Made by a program: the position numbers and the translations under genes. Positions 14,517 to 27,959 of a stretch of 64,000 nucleotides of DNA are shown here, one piece after another (within the stretch, counting starts at the first letter, position 1; every line of letters starts with the position of its first letter). The stretch spans positions 8,246,001-8,310,000 of the forward strand of contig CM114271.1 in the NCBI GenBank assembly GCA_050084515.1, given 5' to 3'. Source of the DNA: Blasia pusilla. Its lineage: Eukaryota. The notes beneath the pieces were generated by a model. It was given only the letters and a program-made list of their open reading frames with translations, was not told the origin of the DNA and did no database searches.

Positions 14517-14892
14517 TTCCTTGATCACCTCCACATCCCTGATGTGCTAAGGAGAACCAATGAAACAAATCAAAACACTCGGGTCTATAAATTGGAAATC
14601 TCAGAATCACCAAAAAAAATTAGTGGAAAAAGAGATTTCCACACTCACAAACTCTCACCTAATATGGAGTCAATTGAAGTTCCTTTAGGATGCAACAAGG
14701 AGGGCAAATATCCAAGTTGGTCCCAAATAAAATCCAAGTATCCCCTAAAGGCAACCAAGGGATTTCTCCAAAATTCCTAGTAATATTGAAAGCCCTTAGC
14801 TCTCAAGGCATCATAGAAATCCTAATCCAAAATGTCACCAAAAAATTGATAAAACATAAAAATAGAGATAATTAGGTAAATTAGCCCTAAAT
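14517..14892. repeat. Diverged dispersed repeat, copy 1 (copy 2 at 19292-19688, same orientation)
   Basis: Collinear shared blocks: ttccttga.cacctccacatccct, aatgaaacaaat, ttccacactcac, ctctcacctaa, gcaaatatcc, caaaattccta. Confidence 0.75.
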
Positions 14893-15690
14893 CCCCTCAT
14901 ATACGCATTTTGGGGGCCCTTTGTGGGCCCTTTCCTTATGGGTTTTACCCAAAAGGGGAAGGAAGGGGGAAGGGGAGGGGAGAGGGTGGGACCAATTTTG
15001 AACTTGGCCCCAACCACTCCCAAGCCACCATGTGTCCCCGTGGGGGTTTGCGAGACGCAGCCGCCATGCGAGTGCCACGTGGGCACCGTCGATTGGGCCG
15101 ATGATGGCGGGCTACGGTGGAACCAACGGTCGGTAGGCTACGGCGGGTGGCGCCATATGGCGCATCTCAATTTTCAAAGGTCTGCGTAGGCTACGGCGGG
15201 CAGGCCAATGGGGGGAGGGGCGGCGGGCTCGTGGGCCGTGGGGGTGGGGGTTGCGCGGGGGTCCTTGGCATACATGCGAGCGGGCGGGCGAGGGGGTGGG
15301 GGGCGGGGGTCCTAGTCCCGCATGGGAGGGGGGCGCACGGCCGGCTCACATGCAAGCTTTGTCGCGGACTGTATGCAATACCTAAGGCCTATATGCGGGC
15401 TTTGTCGCGGGCCCTAGAGCTTGCATGCGGGCTAGGGCTCGAGGCAACGAATAAGAGGGCGCGACGCGGGCCTGACCAAAAAATGAGCACGTCGGACATG
15501 ATGCGCACTGGTCGGGCAAGGGTGGAATGCTCATTGTGTGCAAGCAATGCGGGCTCATGGAGCTCGCATCCGGTCCTGCACGGACATGGAATTTTTTGGC
15601 GTGCAACCTTGGGCTCAGTGCGTCAAGCAGGGTTGTGGTTAGAAAGACAAAGGGTCAGCTGGGGTGGCAGGGTGGGGCTAGCGACCGCAT
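14890..15690. other. GC/CpG-rich island with G-run clusters
   Basis: Abrupt GC-rich stretch in AT-rich surroundings, with G-tracts at ~14955-14990 and ~15210-15335. Confidence 0.6.
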
Positions 15691-16562
15691 GATACAACAA
15701 TAAATTGGCAGGAAGGCCGCTTGACCACGTAGCGTGCTCACCACCTTGCTTTTCTCTATAACTACAAACACCCCCTAACAATTCAGATCTACACTTAGAA
15801 TTGCCCAACTTGTTTTGATAACCCTTGGCTCCTTAGAAATAGGTCAACTCTCATGTAATAAGATATTACCCAAGCATCGGTCATGTCCTTTAGGATAGAT
15901 CACCAAGATCTAGTAGAGAGCCTTTTCGGGTAGTGGAGGACAGCCTCAAGAGGTCGAAGATGACCTGCTGAGGCCACGCGTAACTTGAGACAGCAGGTAT
16001 CCGCTTCGTTTCGGCTCATTTGGAGTCATATAGAGAAACTTATTATTTTTGGTAAGTTCAAATAATAAGCTATTAAGTTAGTCAAATGTTAAGTCAAATA
16101 AGTTTCTCCATTTGACCTTCCACAAAAAAATGACTGTGATTGTCGTGCAGGCCACGTCCTTCATTCTTACAAAAATTTTGGCAGCACTACAAAATTTTTG
16201 GCAGCGGTGATTTCTCCCAAAGAAAATCTCAAACCTATAAAAACACAAACCAAAGAGGTACACGATGTTGTCAAAAGCACGAGCCTCGAGCAATCTGCCC
16301 CCATACTCAATCTCTACCAAAAATTGGGCAGTGCTTCCGCGCATCACTCTTTCATACAAATGATCAGTAGACAAACATCTAAAAAAAATGAATCGTGCTC
16401 TCGTAACCACTCCCATAAGCTACTGAAACAAGAAATACGGTCCCCAACGTGCACAACAATGAGGTCCCGCATTGTAAAGCTCTCAATCTCTCATTTCTAC
16501 CTTTGTAAATCAAGTAACACTCTCATAACAAAGTCTCTCCATGATGCACACAACTCTCTCTC

Positions 16563-17630
16563 TGTTGTGCGCATACTCTCCTTGAACATAAATCTTTAGT
16601 GTTGCAGAAGCATGCGTTGAGTATGACACGCTCTCAATCCTGATCTGCACCCAAACACACACTCATGTTAGTCGGGTTTAGGCTAATCAACATTCTAACT
16701 CCCCGAGTTCTCAACTCGGCCTCTCATCAAGCTTAACCTTACTAGTTTTGCGGTTTACATCACAAAAAAGTCTTTCAAGACTTGGGACATACTTTTTGGT
16801 CAGTTCAAGAACCTCAAACGGCGTTTGTATGCCTGGCGGTCCCAATTGTCTAATGACATCCACTGATTCCCTAACCGCGACTCACGAAAATGAGTCACGC
16901 ATTGGAAACCAAGTGTGGCTTACAAAATACAATCCCTTGGATGAAGTTTTGGTTTTGAGTTCCAACGCCAAACTCTGAAATCCACTCCCTTAGATCACGT
17001 TTGGGTTTTGAGTTGGAACGCCAAACTCTCATTCCATTGCGTGCCCTTGAGACATTGTTTGATGCTCAAAGTGGGGTTTGGGTTCCAAGAATCCCTGGAG
17101 ACACTCCCCTGTACTAGTACTTATGAGGATCTCTTCCCTCCCCTAACTTTAGGGAAAGACATTTGGGCCCCTTATTTTGGCCCTCAAACCAACTCCTCTT
17201 ACATTCATTTTTGGAAAATATCTCAAGCTTTGCTTCAGAATTTTCAAGATCTTTGGTGCGTTGTAATTGTCTTGGCATAATCTTTCCTACGCCGCCTATT
17301 TTTTCCTAGACGCATCTTAGGACTAAACGTTATGGTCCGAAACACAATCAAAATCCCCAAATGCTAGTCGCATTCCAAATCTGGTTCTCACCTCTCTGGC
17401 AACCAACCTTCCTAGACTCAAATCATCTAAAGTCTTGGTTCAAATTTGGTCCAAGTTTCATGGTCACGACCATAAACGCATGGAACGCACAAACTCTATC
17501 GTTCGTTTTGTCTCTTGGAGTTTTCCAAGAGACCTCTCCGAAGCGCAATCATCGTAGCGTGAGCTCACTAGAGTTTATAAATTTTTCTTGGCGTATGTTT
17601 GGTGCTCGTTTGGTTATGAGGGTCACAACA
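16563..17630 (-). mobile_element. Solo LTR of the chromovirus family
   Basis: Aligns end-to-end in reverse with 43274-44275 and 54188-55151. Termini are TG...CA. No clear TSD because the flanks are CT-rich. Confidence 0.85.
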
Positions 17631-17636
17631 CATCCA

Positions 17637-17749
<113 letters not shown>

Positions 17750-18946
17750 GTCAAACCAAACCCACTCTCCTAAAGAGAGAACTGGGTAACACACACAAGG
17801 CAAGGAGGACCATAGCCCCTCCGCCTATGCGAAGAGGTTTAAAAAAGGAAGAAAGAGCTCCCAATATCTCTCTCTTTGGGTATACCTCCTTCCCTCTCCC
17901 AAGCTCTCTCCATAGTGACCTATACTCATAGTTCACCTCTTTAGCTCTTGATATGCTATAGGAGGCCAAAGGCCACTTCCCAAAGTGGGAATCAACTATG
18001 CTAAAAATGGTAAATTACCTAAAATACTAAGATTCTATATAAAGCTCCAAATGAACCCAAAAAAAAGGAAGTTGCGGCTCTCTCAAGTTACCCGTGGCTT
18101 CAGCAGGTCATCCTTGACCTCTTGAGGCTATCCTCAAGTATTCTCAAAGAAGCTCTACTAGATCTTGCGGATCTATCCTAAAAGACGTTATATTGTTCTC
18201 TCTCAAGTTACATGAGGCCTCTGCAAGTCATCCTGGATCTCTTGATCTTGTCCTTCAATATCCTTAAACAGGCTCTACCAAAACTTGTCAATATTTCCTC
18301 AAAGACGTGGCAAACAAGGAAAGAGAGGGTTCCTTCAACACTTTCTAAATTCCTACACCTGAGATATCTAATTTTGTTGCTCCTCGATCACAAAATGGCC
18401 GTAAATTGAGCCTTGAGATAGAGCAACTACCCATTTTTGCTATCTTTTTGAATTCTTGTACCCGCACCATATTTCTCAAATATGCTTGCAACATTCATTT
18501 AGGATGAACGCAACTAGGTGGATGTAGATGAAACTCAACGAGAGGGAGGAAATACACGCGAAGGAAGGAAAGCAAGAATGGACATGGTAAGGAGGCAATG
18601 TACATAATGAGGCCACAAAGGAAAGGAGGGAATTAAATGGAAAGAAGAAATAAAAAAAGAAATAGGAAGGAAAAAGGAGCAAAAACGATGACCTCTATGT
18701 TTGGACCTTTTTCTAAGTACCACATTAGCACTTCTCATGCCAACTCACCATTGGCCTTTCCAAGAATAATTCCACTAGTGGTGAGTCATGAATAATATAA
18801 CTAGGAGGTAGGCGAGATATGACTACCTCCTATTTTTATATTAAAATGAAAATTTATTAATATAATTCTTATACATTTTTATAATAAATGGTTCCTATGA
18901 TTTAGATGAAAATCTTGTCATTTCTGTATGACTCTAAGTTGATAAT

Positions 18947-19000
18947 ATATAACTCAATTTTGAGTGAAATTTGCATATTTCACTCAAAATTGAGTTATAT
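18947..19000. repeat. 54-bp palindrome with perfect 24-bp arms
   Basis: atataactcaattttgagtgaaat-ttgcat-atttcactcaaaattgagttatat. Confidence 0.95.
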
Positions 19001-19291
19001 TATACCATCCTTGTAGACTCGACCCCATTAAACAAATTTCTTGGAGGAAAATCTATTTCAAAAGGAAACATTAAGGTGGGATAAAGAGGGGATTTTTTTT
19101 TGCAAAACTAAAAAGAAAAATGACTTTGTAGGTCAAAATCCTTGGGTGAAGATTGGGAAGTACCAAAAAAAGAGAGATTTTTTATTCTATCATAATGGTT
19201 GCAAGTAAACACATGTGAAGGATGGAATATAGGGTTTATATGTATTTGAGGGTTTAGCACTTAAAGGGAAGAAATGCACATTCATATACGT

Positions 19292-19688
19292 TTCCTTGAC
19301 CACCTCCACATCCCTACTTTGCTAAGTAATGTTAATGAAACAAATATAAATTTGAGATGATGAAAAAAATCTCAAAATCACTAGAGAAATTCGTTGACAC
19401 AAAAGAATTCCACACTCACCACCTCTCACCTAAAGAGAATGAGTTAGAGTTTGTTTAAGACACAAAAAAGTAGAGCAAATATCCGAGTCGATCACCAAAA
19501 AATTTTAAAAATTCCTAAATGCACACTAAGGATTTCCTCAAAATTCCTAATAATTGTGAAAGCCTGAAGCTCTAAAGGTATCAAAAGAAATTTAAGGCCT
19601 AATCCAACAACTAATCATGGACTCAACAAGAAATAAAATTAAAAAATGTATAAGTGGATTTAATTAAGGTAAAATTAGAGCTTAATTT
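19292..19688. repeat. Diverged dispersed repeat, copy 2 (see 14517-14892)
   Basis: Collinear similarity to 14517-14892. Confidence 0.75.
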
Positions 19689-19917
19689 CATTTTGGGGCA
19701 CACTTGTAAAGTGTTATGTACAAGTGAATGGAAAAGGTGATCCTTTTGTCGAAAAGTAGGAAGTCCGTTCCCAAGAGATCAGTGTTTCTCTAAAAGAGAA
19801 GAGATATTTTGTTAAGACTTTTGTGCGCCCCTTCATAAGTGGCTCCCATGTGTGTTAGATACTTTTGGGACTCTAGTTAGGTGAGTAGAAGGAGCTAGAA
19901 CAACAATCTGCAATTTA

Positions 19918-20360
19918 AATGGGATCATTGGTGCTATTTTGACCAAGATGGTGGTAGCTCACAAATCAGATTGGGATAGGAAATTAGCTTCAGCTGTTCA
20001 TGCTTACAACAGAGCTGAGAATAGTACAACAGGGAAAAGTCCCTACTTCTTGGTGTATGGGCAGAACCCACTCTCGGTAGTAGAGTTGGAGTTGAAGGAT
20101 GATCATACTCTAGAAGAGCACTTCCAACCTGAAGGTGGCATGGATAGCATATTGGATATGGTTTATGCACTAAAGGAGGAGAGAGAGGCAGCATTTGGAG
20201 AAGATCAAGGCAGTCCAGCAACAAAGGAAGATGAGGTTTGATAACCGAATCAAGCATGATCCAGTGAAGGATGGGGACCTGGGGCTGACGTATGACAGTC
20301 GACACCAAAAGTTTCCGGGAAAGCTGCACATTCGCTGTCTTGGACCTTATCAGAGCTCGA
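19918..20360 (+). pseudogene. Ty3/gypsy integrase C-terminal fragment
   Basis: ILTKMVVAHKSDWDRKLASAVHAYN..TTGKSPYFLVYG followed by KFPGKLHIRCLGPY (GPY/F motif). Frameshifted. Confidence 0.9.
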
Positions 20361-20368
20361 AGCTATGG

Positions 20369-22396
20369 TGGCCAATATAGAGGAGAGAATCAGGTGTTGA
20401 CAATTGGAGCATGGCTAATCGGTTTGGTGATTTAAAGGGCTCGTTGGAAAGGTCTTTGGATGCTCTTCAAGATGATACAATCGAATCAAGACATTGGATG
20501 CTGGGCTATAATTCTCAAGGTAGATTAGAAAGGCAAGGAGTATGGATTTTTGGAAAATAGGAGGGCAGGCTATTCGAGGGCTGCTACCTAGAACACTAGT
20601 TGGCCAAATCTAGATCTGATTGATGGTATGGCTTCGCCTTGAGATGCTCTATACTATGGAGGTCACCCAGAAGAGTTTCCAGCAAGTAATGAGGAGCATA
20701 GGATACTCAACGAGGGCTGAGATCGAATGCTTGAACTCTGGTGGGCTAGAAGCTTACTCATGGAATCCTAGAGGACCTCATTTGAAGGCCAGAAAGCTTG
20801 AGAATCCAAGGGAGAGATTTATGGAGCTCAGAGGATCCAAGGAGTGATTTGTGCAGGTGGAGCTAAGTGGAGGTGTGAACTGAAGGCAGGGCTCGAATCA
20901 GCTTGAGAAAAGGCAAGCATGGGAAGAATGTAAAGGTATATCTTACCTTCAAGCATGTCCAAGAGACAAGTTGAGCCTATGCCATCAAAGCTGCTCCAGA
21001 GACTTTAGTTAGGACAAGTTCAGAAGTAGATGAGGTAGAAATTTCAGGCAGTAGATGCCTTGGAGTAGATGCTTAGGGGGAGGTAGATTTGTAGGAAGGT
21101 AGGAAACCAGAATGCTAGAGAAGCCCAAGTGGGTAGAGGGCTCTCAACTTCACTTATAAAGACTGAGTTTGGTTTAGTTGAAGGGGGCATACATGCTGTT
21201 GGCTAGTAGACACTCGATCTCTTGAGCCAAGCTAACCAGCAGAGTATGTGCTCCTAGATCTAGGTAGTGTGTAGTGTGCTTGAAGGGGGCTGAGACTAAG
21301 AAGGTCTCCCATGTACTCGATGACTTTGTGATACAGAGAAACTAGCCCTGTGAAATGATTTCACCCCACTGCCCTGTATCTGAGTTTGTGCATGATTGAG
21401 TGATGAGTTGGGGGGGGCTTGATGAAGTGAGATTCTTGGAGCTGGTTCAACTAATCATTCAAACGTGTAGTGAGTGGACAAGAGGCTATACCAGTAGAGG
21501 AGAGGCAAGCTTGGGTTCCAAGATTGTGCTCCTCCAAAGGTGTGTTTTGAAAGCTTGTTGTTCTACCCACCTGAGTATGGCCTTTGACACCAATCACTGA
21601 TTACTTCCAGGGTGTGACAACCTAGACTTCCAGGTCTGGTAAGTGATAAGAGATTAGTGAGTGGAGAAAGAGGGTCATGCTTGAGCTTCCCTATAGGTAG
21701 AAGACCATAGGCTCAGCCTATTAAGTCTCCTACTACCTGAACAAGGAGGGAGAACAAAGGACCAGCAAGATAAGAGGAGAAGAAGAAGGGACGTGGGTGT
21801 TGGTTTGAGCAAATAGAGAGTTGCTCCCCTTTCAGGCTACCCTGGGGGTGGATGATTATACTAGACAGCGTATTGGATGGCCTTATGTTGTTTAGTAGTC
21901 TCTAGTTGTGAGCCTTGAGTAGGCGTGCTGGTTGAATTTCCATTGAGCACTCTATCTAAGGACTCAAAACTACACCCAAACTCTCACTGGATACTCGGTG
22001 AGGAGAAAAAGGTGATTGCACTACCTGATCAGTGAGGAGTTGGGTGTACTTTAGAGGATTTCCTTGGTACATTCCAAGGCAGCACATTGGAGGACCTTAT
22101 GCTGCCCTGGTCATTCTTGACTGTGATTTCTAAGTGGGGTGTGCTTGTTGAGTTCCACTGACCACTCCACTCAAAGCACTCAAGAGAATGGAAGGAGTTT
22201 TGGTTAGTGGGGTGAGGACAGGATTGTGATACTGAAGTGGAGAGGGTTTCTCCAGCCTCTTAAGGTAAAGAGGTGGGGTTTACAGCTGTTAAGGAGTACA
22301 TCATAGCATTCTGACCTTTTGATCTGGCCCTAAGCTCATACATGGGACCGAATTGGTGGAACTAGCAATATTTTCACCTGGGTTGTGTGTTGGCCA
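20369..22396 (+). repeat. Probable ~2-kb LTR of host gypsy element H
   Basis: Terminal inverted repeat TGGCCAATA...TGTTGGCCA, non-coding. Followed by the same spacer that precedes the PBS at 25385. Only one copy is present, so the boundaries are inferred. Confidence 0.65.
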
Positions 22397-22415
22397 TGTA
22401 TTACCTGCTAAGACA

Positions 22416-25361
22416 ACTTTAAAGTAAAAGCTTCTTAGTAGTTTTTTTAAATCAATAACCAAGAAAAATATCTTCAGTAGTACAATAAAGTTCTATGAGT
22501 TTTCCCTCCTAATACTTAAGTGTAGAAAAAGAAGTTTCACAGGGTTCTTGAACATTCGAATTTGAACAAGGACCTCAAAGAGAACGTAGGGAAGTTGCGG
22601 CTCATCCTACTTTTAGAATTGTATTTCTCCCGACATGCTATACTATGTCTAATAGATTTCATATGCTTCTCCCCGATTATCCTTGCAAATTCGGATGCTA
22701 ACAAACCGACTCTCATCTTTACTGCATCCCAATAAGATAATTCAATAAATATCACATATCAGAGAAAATGAAAGAGGAACCCCTCTTGTACATCAAACAG
22801 TGAAGGGAACTAGAAGAGGTTACAAGTTGCGGATTGTACTAGGCTCCTCAACCCGGATCATTCCAATAGTAGTACTCATAAAGATGGACATAAAGTACAG
22901 TAATGATAGTAATGACGCTAAGTTCAACGAACTAACTCTTTAAATAGTGTTATGAGTAGATAGCACACTTAAGTGATGAAACAGATCTTCCCCCCTTCAA
23001 GATGTCGCTTGGTACTTCCTAACTCCTTAATCTATGGCTCGTCTTCTTTATCTCTTGATCCCTATGAATGCGCCAAACTAACCGTTGTCTCTCTTCTTTT
23101 CTCGAGTTAAATGATATGTCTTTTCCTTGTCTTAACTACCTGACAATAAAACTCTTGGACTAACTAACAGTCCTCGCTGTTTTACGGAGCACTCCTGTCT
23201 TTGCAAAAACTCCTCCAAAGTGCCTCTTTCTACAATTCTTTTGCTGTAAAGTTAAGCTCCAGTTTCTTTCTCTTCTCTCTTCTTTCTTCCTTCTTTTTCT
23301 TTGCTCACCGTTCTTTGATACGAAGCATGAAGAACTTCGTGCTTCGTATTTTTTTGTTTCTACTCCTTGAAGACAATCCTTGATCTTTCAATCTCTTTGT
23401 CTTCTCAATGGAGCTTCGTTCCACTTCACACCAAAGCTTCAACCACTTCACACTCAAAAAAGTTTTCACCAAAGTCTCTGGAAACTTTTTTCCTCTTTAC
23501 TTTATATACGATTCTTAACAAAACCTGAGACTTTAATCTTTATCTGTGAAGATTTTTCTTCAAATTTGTACCAAAGAAAGAACTAACTACCCAATTTTCA
23601 AAATTTCGGCCCTTTACTCAATTGTGAGCCGGCCCCGGCAAACACACTACTCGTGATTACCCCCTCATCAAAAAAAATCGTCATCATTAGGGAAATTGCG
23701 AAAAGTAGTTTCACGAGGAATTTTCCCATGAATCATTGGAGGAGTATTAATCAAATTTGGCATGTGCTTTTTCATTCTTTCTCGCCAAGTGCTTACTACC
23801 CGCAAAGTTGCAAGTACTTTGTTCTGCACAAAGACATTTAGCAACACAAAGGGTTTAATCGATTCTAGTTGAAATAATGTTGGTTCTTTGAAAGTTGGCA
23901 TCTTTATTGTTTGACCCTTAAACTGTCTTTTCCAATGCTGGTCCACATACTCCAACTCCTCTACGATCTGAGTTTTGAAATTCCTTATTGCTTCCTCTAG
24001 CAACTCCTTCGGGTCCTCAGGCTCTTCTTGTACTACGCTATGAAGCTTCTGCTCGTCTTCCAATGTCGCAATTTTTCCCGTAGCGTTAGACCAACGAGAG
24101 ACCAAGTCTTGATTGGTCACTTGCTAATCCTGTAACAACTTCAACTTTTATGCATTGCAAAAGTTAGCCTTCTTGAGCTCCGCTTGTAAAATGTCAATCT
24201 GCTCTTACTAATACTTCTTCTTCTTCCGGTACTGCGCAACCTATCTTGACTCACTTTGTTCTTGGAACTTTGGAAATTTTTTTCCCGAGGGGTGGACAAA
24301 GATCCTTCTGCTGCCCTCCTTCATGTATGAGGCTGAGTTGACGGTGTCCTTGTCACTTCTTTGCTGCCCGAACCTGAGGCTTCGCTCGTTCTTGGTCTCC
24401 GCACTACCGTCGTCCTGAACCATTCTCCCACTTTGTCAAGCGAGAGCTCATGCTTGTGGGTATATAACCAAATAAAAAATGGAGACAAGTAGTATCCATC
24501 GCTTGGCGTCAAAGAGTCCATCAAGTGGATCACATGTTTGTGCATGATGGCAACAAAGTCTACTCCTGGCTACGTCGACTTCTCGTACATTTTCCACAAA
24601 GTAAAACACATTTTCATCGACTTGTTACTAAGATATTAAGTTCTGCCTGGATGGAACAAGGTCATATACAACTTACAAAATTGACCAAACAAAGGAGAAG
24701 AGAGTAGTTGGGCTTTCCTGTCAAGCTCATCTTCGGGCAAGGCAGGCAACAAATACGCGGCGTGCCAATCATTTGCGGATCAATTATGGGGCTAGGCTCA
24801 GACTTGAAATCCTTTCTTGATAAACTCATTCACCGCCCATGTCGAATGCATCTTCATCAACAACGACACCGAAGATAGCGTCCAATCTGCTCCAAAGAAC
24901 CTCCACAATGATTGTTCTTGTAAGGCTTGACAAAGCTCCGCTGAAATATCCACCAATGGGTACACAACACATTTCATCATTGTGGAAGATACCTCCCAAG
25001 CCATCCGAATGTTCTTTGTGCTTAGGGTGCCTTGCTTGCAGATTCCCTTCTTTGGCGTGCTCTTTGTCCCTGATTTCAGTGGCCATGTCAAAGTAGGGGA
25101 TGGGAGGGTGTGGCCAGGTTTTCTTGCTTTTCTCCAACCGCTTCTTGTTTAACGGTTACTTGGGTAATGGTCACGGCATCTGAATGGCTTTGCCCTAAGG
25201 TCTGGCCCTACGAAAAAAAACCCTAAGTCACAAAGCCACACAATCCACCATACTTTGTCCCTGAAAATCCAATCTTGCGTCCGCTTTGTTGTACCCCCTA
25301 CTTTGGGATTCAGCCTTCGTGGCAACGCTTCGTGGAAAGGCTTCGTGCCAAAGCTTTATTG
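22416..25361 (-). mobile_element. Antisense gypsy 3' fragment (extra ORF + PPT + LTR-like region) flanked by a 20-bp direct repeat
   Basis: ORF pieces 23668-25137 are homologous to the extra ORF at 27960-29890. PPT-like gatgaggggg at ~23660-23670 (minus). atgtattacctgctaagaca occurs at 22396-22415 and 25362-25381. Confidence 0.8.
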
Positions 25362-25384
25362 ATGTATTACCTGCTAAGACATTT

Positions 25385-25402
25385 TGGCGCCGCTGCCGGG
25401 GA
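25385..25402 (+). promoter_or_regulatory. Primer binding site, tRNA-Asp type (element H)
   Basis: tggcgccgctgccgggga differs at one position from the Athila-type PBS TGGCGCCGTTGCCGGGGA. Confidence 0.9.
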
Positions 25403-25436
25403 GCTGTGGAGTCTAGACCAAAAGTGAAGGAGCCTT

Positions 25437-26736
25437 ATGAGTGAGCGGCATCAAAGACATTCAACAAGGAGTGCATGGAAGGCTGCTGCAGATTACCAAG
25501 AAGAGAGACAAAGAGCTTCCATAGGAGACTCTTTAGTGGGGAGTTCAAGTTCAGCATCTGCTATAGCAGCCGGCCCAGTTCAAGTGGTTCTTGCTCAAGC
25601 TACCTTAGTCAAGATGCCTCCCTCATTTTGAATCAAGTACACAAGATTTCGAGGGGATGGTAGTCAAGATGTGGATGACTGGATGGAGCAATACCTAGCA
25701 ACTTTGGCAGCCAATTATGAAGGGGATGAAGACACAACCAAGAGGTTGTATTGTGGGCTGATTGATGGAGAAGCCTTGCATTGGTACAATGCCTTGGAGG
25801 TTGGACAGAGAGCTGATTGGGCAAGGCTGAAGTCAACATTTGAGCAAGAGCTTAGGGAGATTGGGGCAGATTCAAGGGTGATGTCACGATTGAATTCTAT
25901 CAAGATGAAGGCAAGTGACACACTAAGGAGCTACACCCAGCGTGTCCAACAGCAGATAGGGATGGTGTCCATAGTACCACCAGCAAACCTTCAGTTGGAG
26001 TGGTTTATTTCTAGTCTACCAGAGTTGTTGGATTTTGAAGTGAGGAAGGCAGATCCTCAAACATTAGCAGCTGCTGTTGATGTGGCCAAGAGATATGAGA
26101 AGTCAGCCCTACTATCAGGCCGTTGGGCAGAGAAGAAGCTGAAGAAGAAGGTCAAGTTTGAGGACTCTGATGATAGTGATGAGTACTTGGTTGAGGACAG
26201 AGAAGGGAAGTCTAACCATTAGAGAGGTAGAGAGACACATCAATCACAACTCACCAAGGTTGTGAAGGATGAGATGCAGACCTTAAGGGCAGCCATAGAG
26301 GAGGTGAAGGTGCAGATGGCTGATATCAAGAAGAACCGCAAGGCAATCCCTATGACCCGCACTAATATTTGGTGCACCCGCTGCAAGAAGGAGGGTCACT
26401 TCTCTCATGATTGTCAAGCTGATTGGAGGATGATCCAAGAGACTGAGCTGAACTCTCAGGAGCTAGAGCTCAAGGACATAGAGTATCTTTATGCTATTCA
26501 ACAAGGAGCTCTACGTGCTGATATCAGGGCTAGACTAGAGGGTTCAATACCAAGAATCCCTGGTGCCTGTTGGGAGTGTGGGGAGGTTGGACATATCTCA
26601 CCTGAGTGCCCACACCGGAGGATGCCTGGGGAGTACATCTTGATGTGTAGAAATTGCAGGGAAGAGGGGCACAAGGCTTCCACGTGCCCAAAGCCTGTGC
26701 AACTTAGAGTGTTGCCCTGATATACCCCAATCCCAT
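25437..26736 (+). pseudogene. gag: Gag of element H (retrotransposon gag domain, three CCHC zinc knuckles)
   Basis: ORF 25671-26222 (LIDGEALHWY..ELRE..LRSYTQR..WFISSL) and ORF 26262-26720 (CTRCKKEGHFSHDC, CWECGEVGHISPEC, CRNCREEGHKASTC). Internal stops. Confidence 0.9.
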
Positions 26737-27924
26737 TGTAATGTCTTAGTGTTTCTTATTTAGAGTCAATTGTAGAGTTCGATCCCCAAGAGGATCACTG
26801 TTGGATGAAAAGAGAGTATAAAGTGATGATTATGTTGTAAAAGTGTAATTGATTATGTAATTCAAATGTGGTATTCCAGTAACATCTTCCGATCCTTTTT
26901 AGTACCTATGTTTTCTTCTTCAATTCTCTCGAGTGGAGTTTAAAGGACGCTCAGGCTATTTGTTCTCTTGACATCTCGGAACCTCACAGAGATCTCAAGA
27001 ATAAAGCTGGCTTCTCCTACTTTCGGAACTCAATCCGTCGGGGTAGGTTACTCTCTGTCAAACAGATTTCATACAACTTTATGTTGATTATTCCATTGAT
27101 GAGAAAGGTTCGCCTGATTCACTCTTCACTCGGCAGACCCAAAAAGAATATTCAGACATAAGCATCGCACATCAGAATGAATGAATGAATGCTTTACTAC
27201 TCCATCAAGAATTGGAAGACTTCAAAGTATATACAAGCTCGAGAGGGTACAACTCTCTTGCTCGGACCATTCCTACAGCATAAGGACTTCATGAGCAAAT
27301 GATGCTCATAGCTTCTGTCCTGTTTCTTAAATATTCTCGAGAATAGGATCGCTTCTATGATCCGAAGCGTTCTTGATGAAGTTGGTGTCTCTTCAATATC
27401 TGTAACTACCTAGATCTATGGTTCTCTTAGCTTTTCCTACGATCCTTATGAATCCATGTGCAAAATCGCCCTAACTACCAATTTGATACAAAGGGTCTCG
27501 CCCTTTCCTAGTCTAATTGTTCTAAGTATGTGTCGTTTCGAATCTCAATTCTGCGGAGCTTCGCTGCGCTAAATTTCCGGAGGACGAAGTTCTTCCTTCT
27601 TCTTCTTGCTTCGTGCTTCGTGCTTCGCTCTTCGTTCAAGAGCAAAGTACTTCGTATATAGAGCTTCGTTAAGCTTCGTTAGACTTTGTTAAACTCTATT
27701 AAGCTTCGCTAAGCTTCGCTGAGCTTTTATACTTCTTTACAGCTTTTGATTCTCCTCTAAGGCAAATCCTTGATCTTCCATCTCTCTGCCTTGTCTTAGG
27801 AGCTTGGTGATTCACTTGTTCATCTTCATAATAATAGATAATCATAATCAAAATCATAATATACAAGAGTCTTCGTTGAATAAAAAGATATATTCTTCAA
27901 GATTACAAAATTGTGGGTATCACA
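26737..27924 (-). repeat. 3' LTR of element Y
   Basis: Direct repeat of 36316-37507, adjacent to the PPT. Confidence 0.97.
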
Positions 27925-27940
27925 TACCCCCTCCCTCAAA
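27925..27940 (-). promoter_or_regulatory. Polypurine tract of element Y
   Basis: The minus strand reads gagggagggggta immediately before the TG of the 3' LTR. Confidence 0.9.
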
Positions 27941-27959
27941 TGTGAGCTTGGCTAACACT

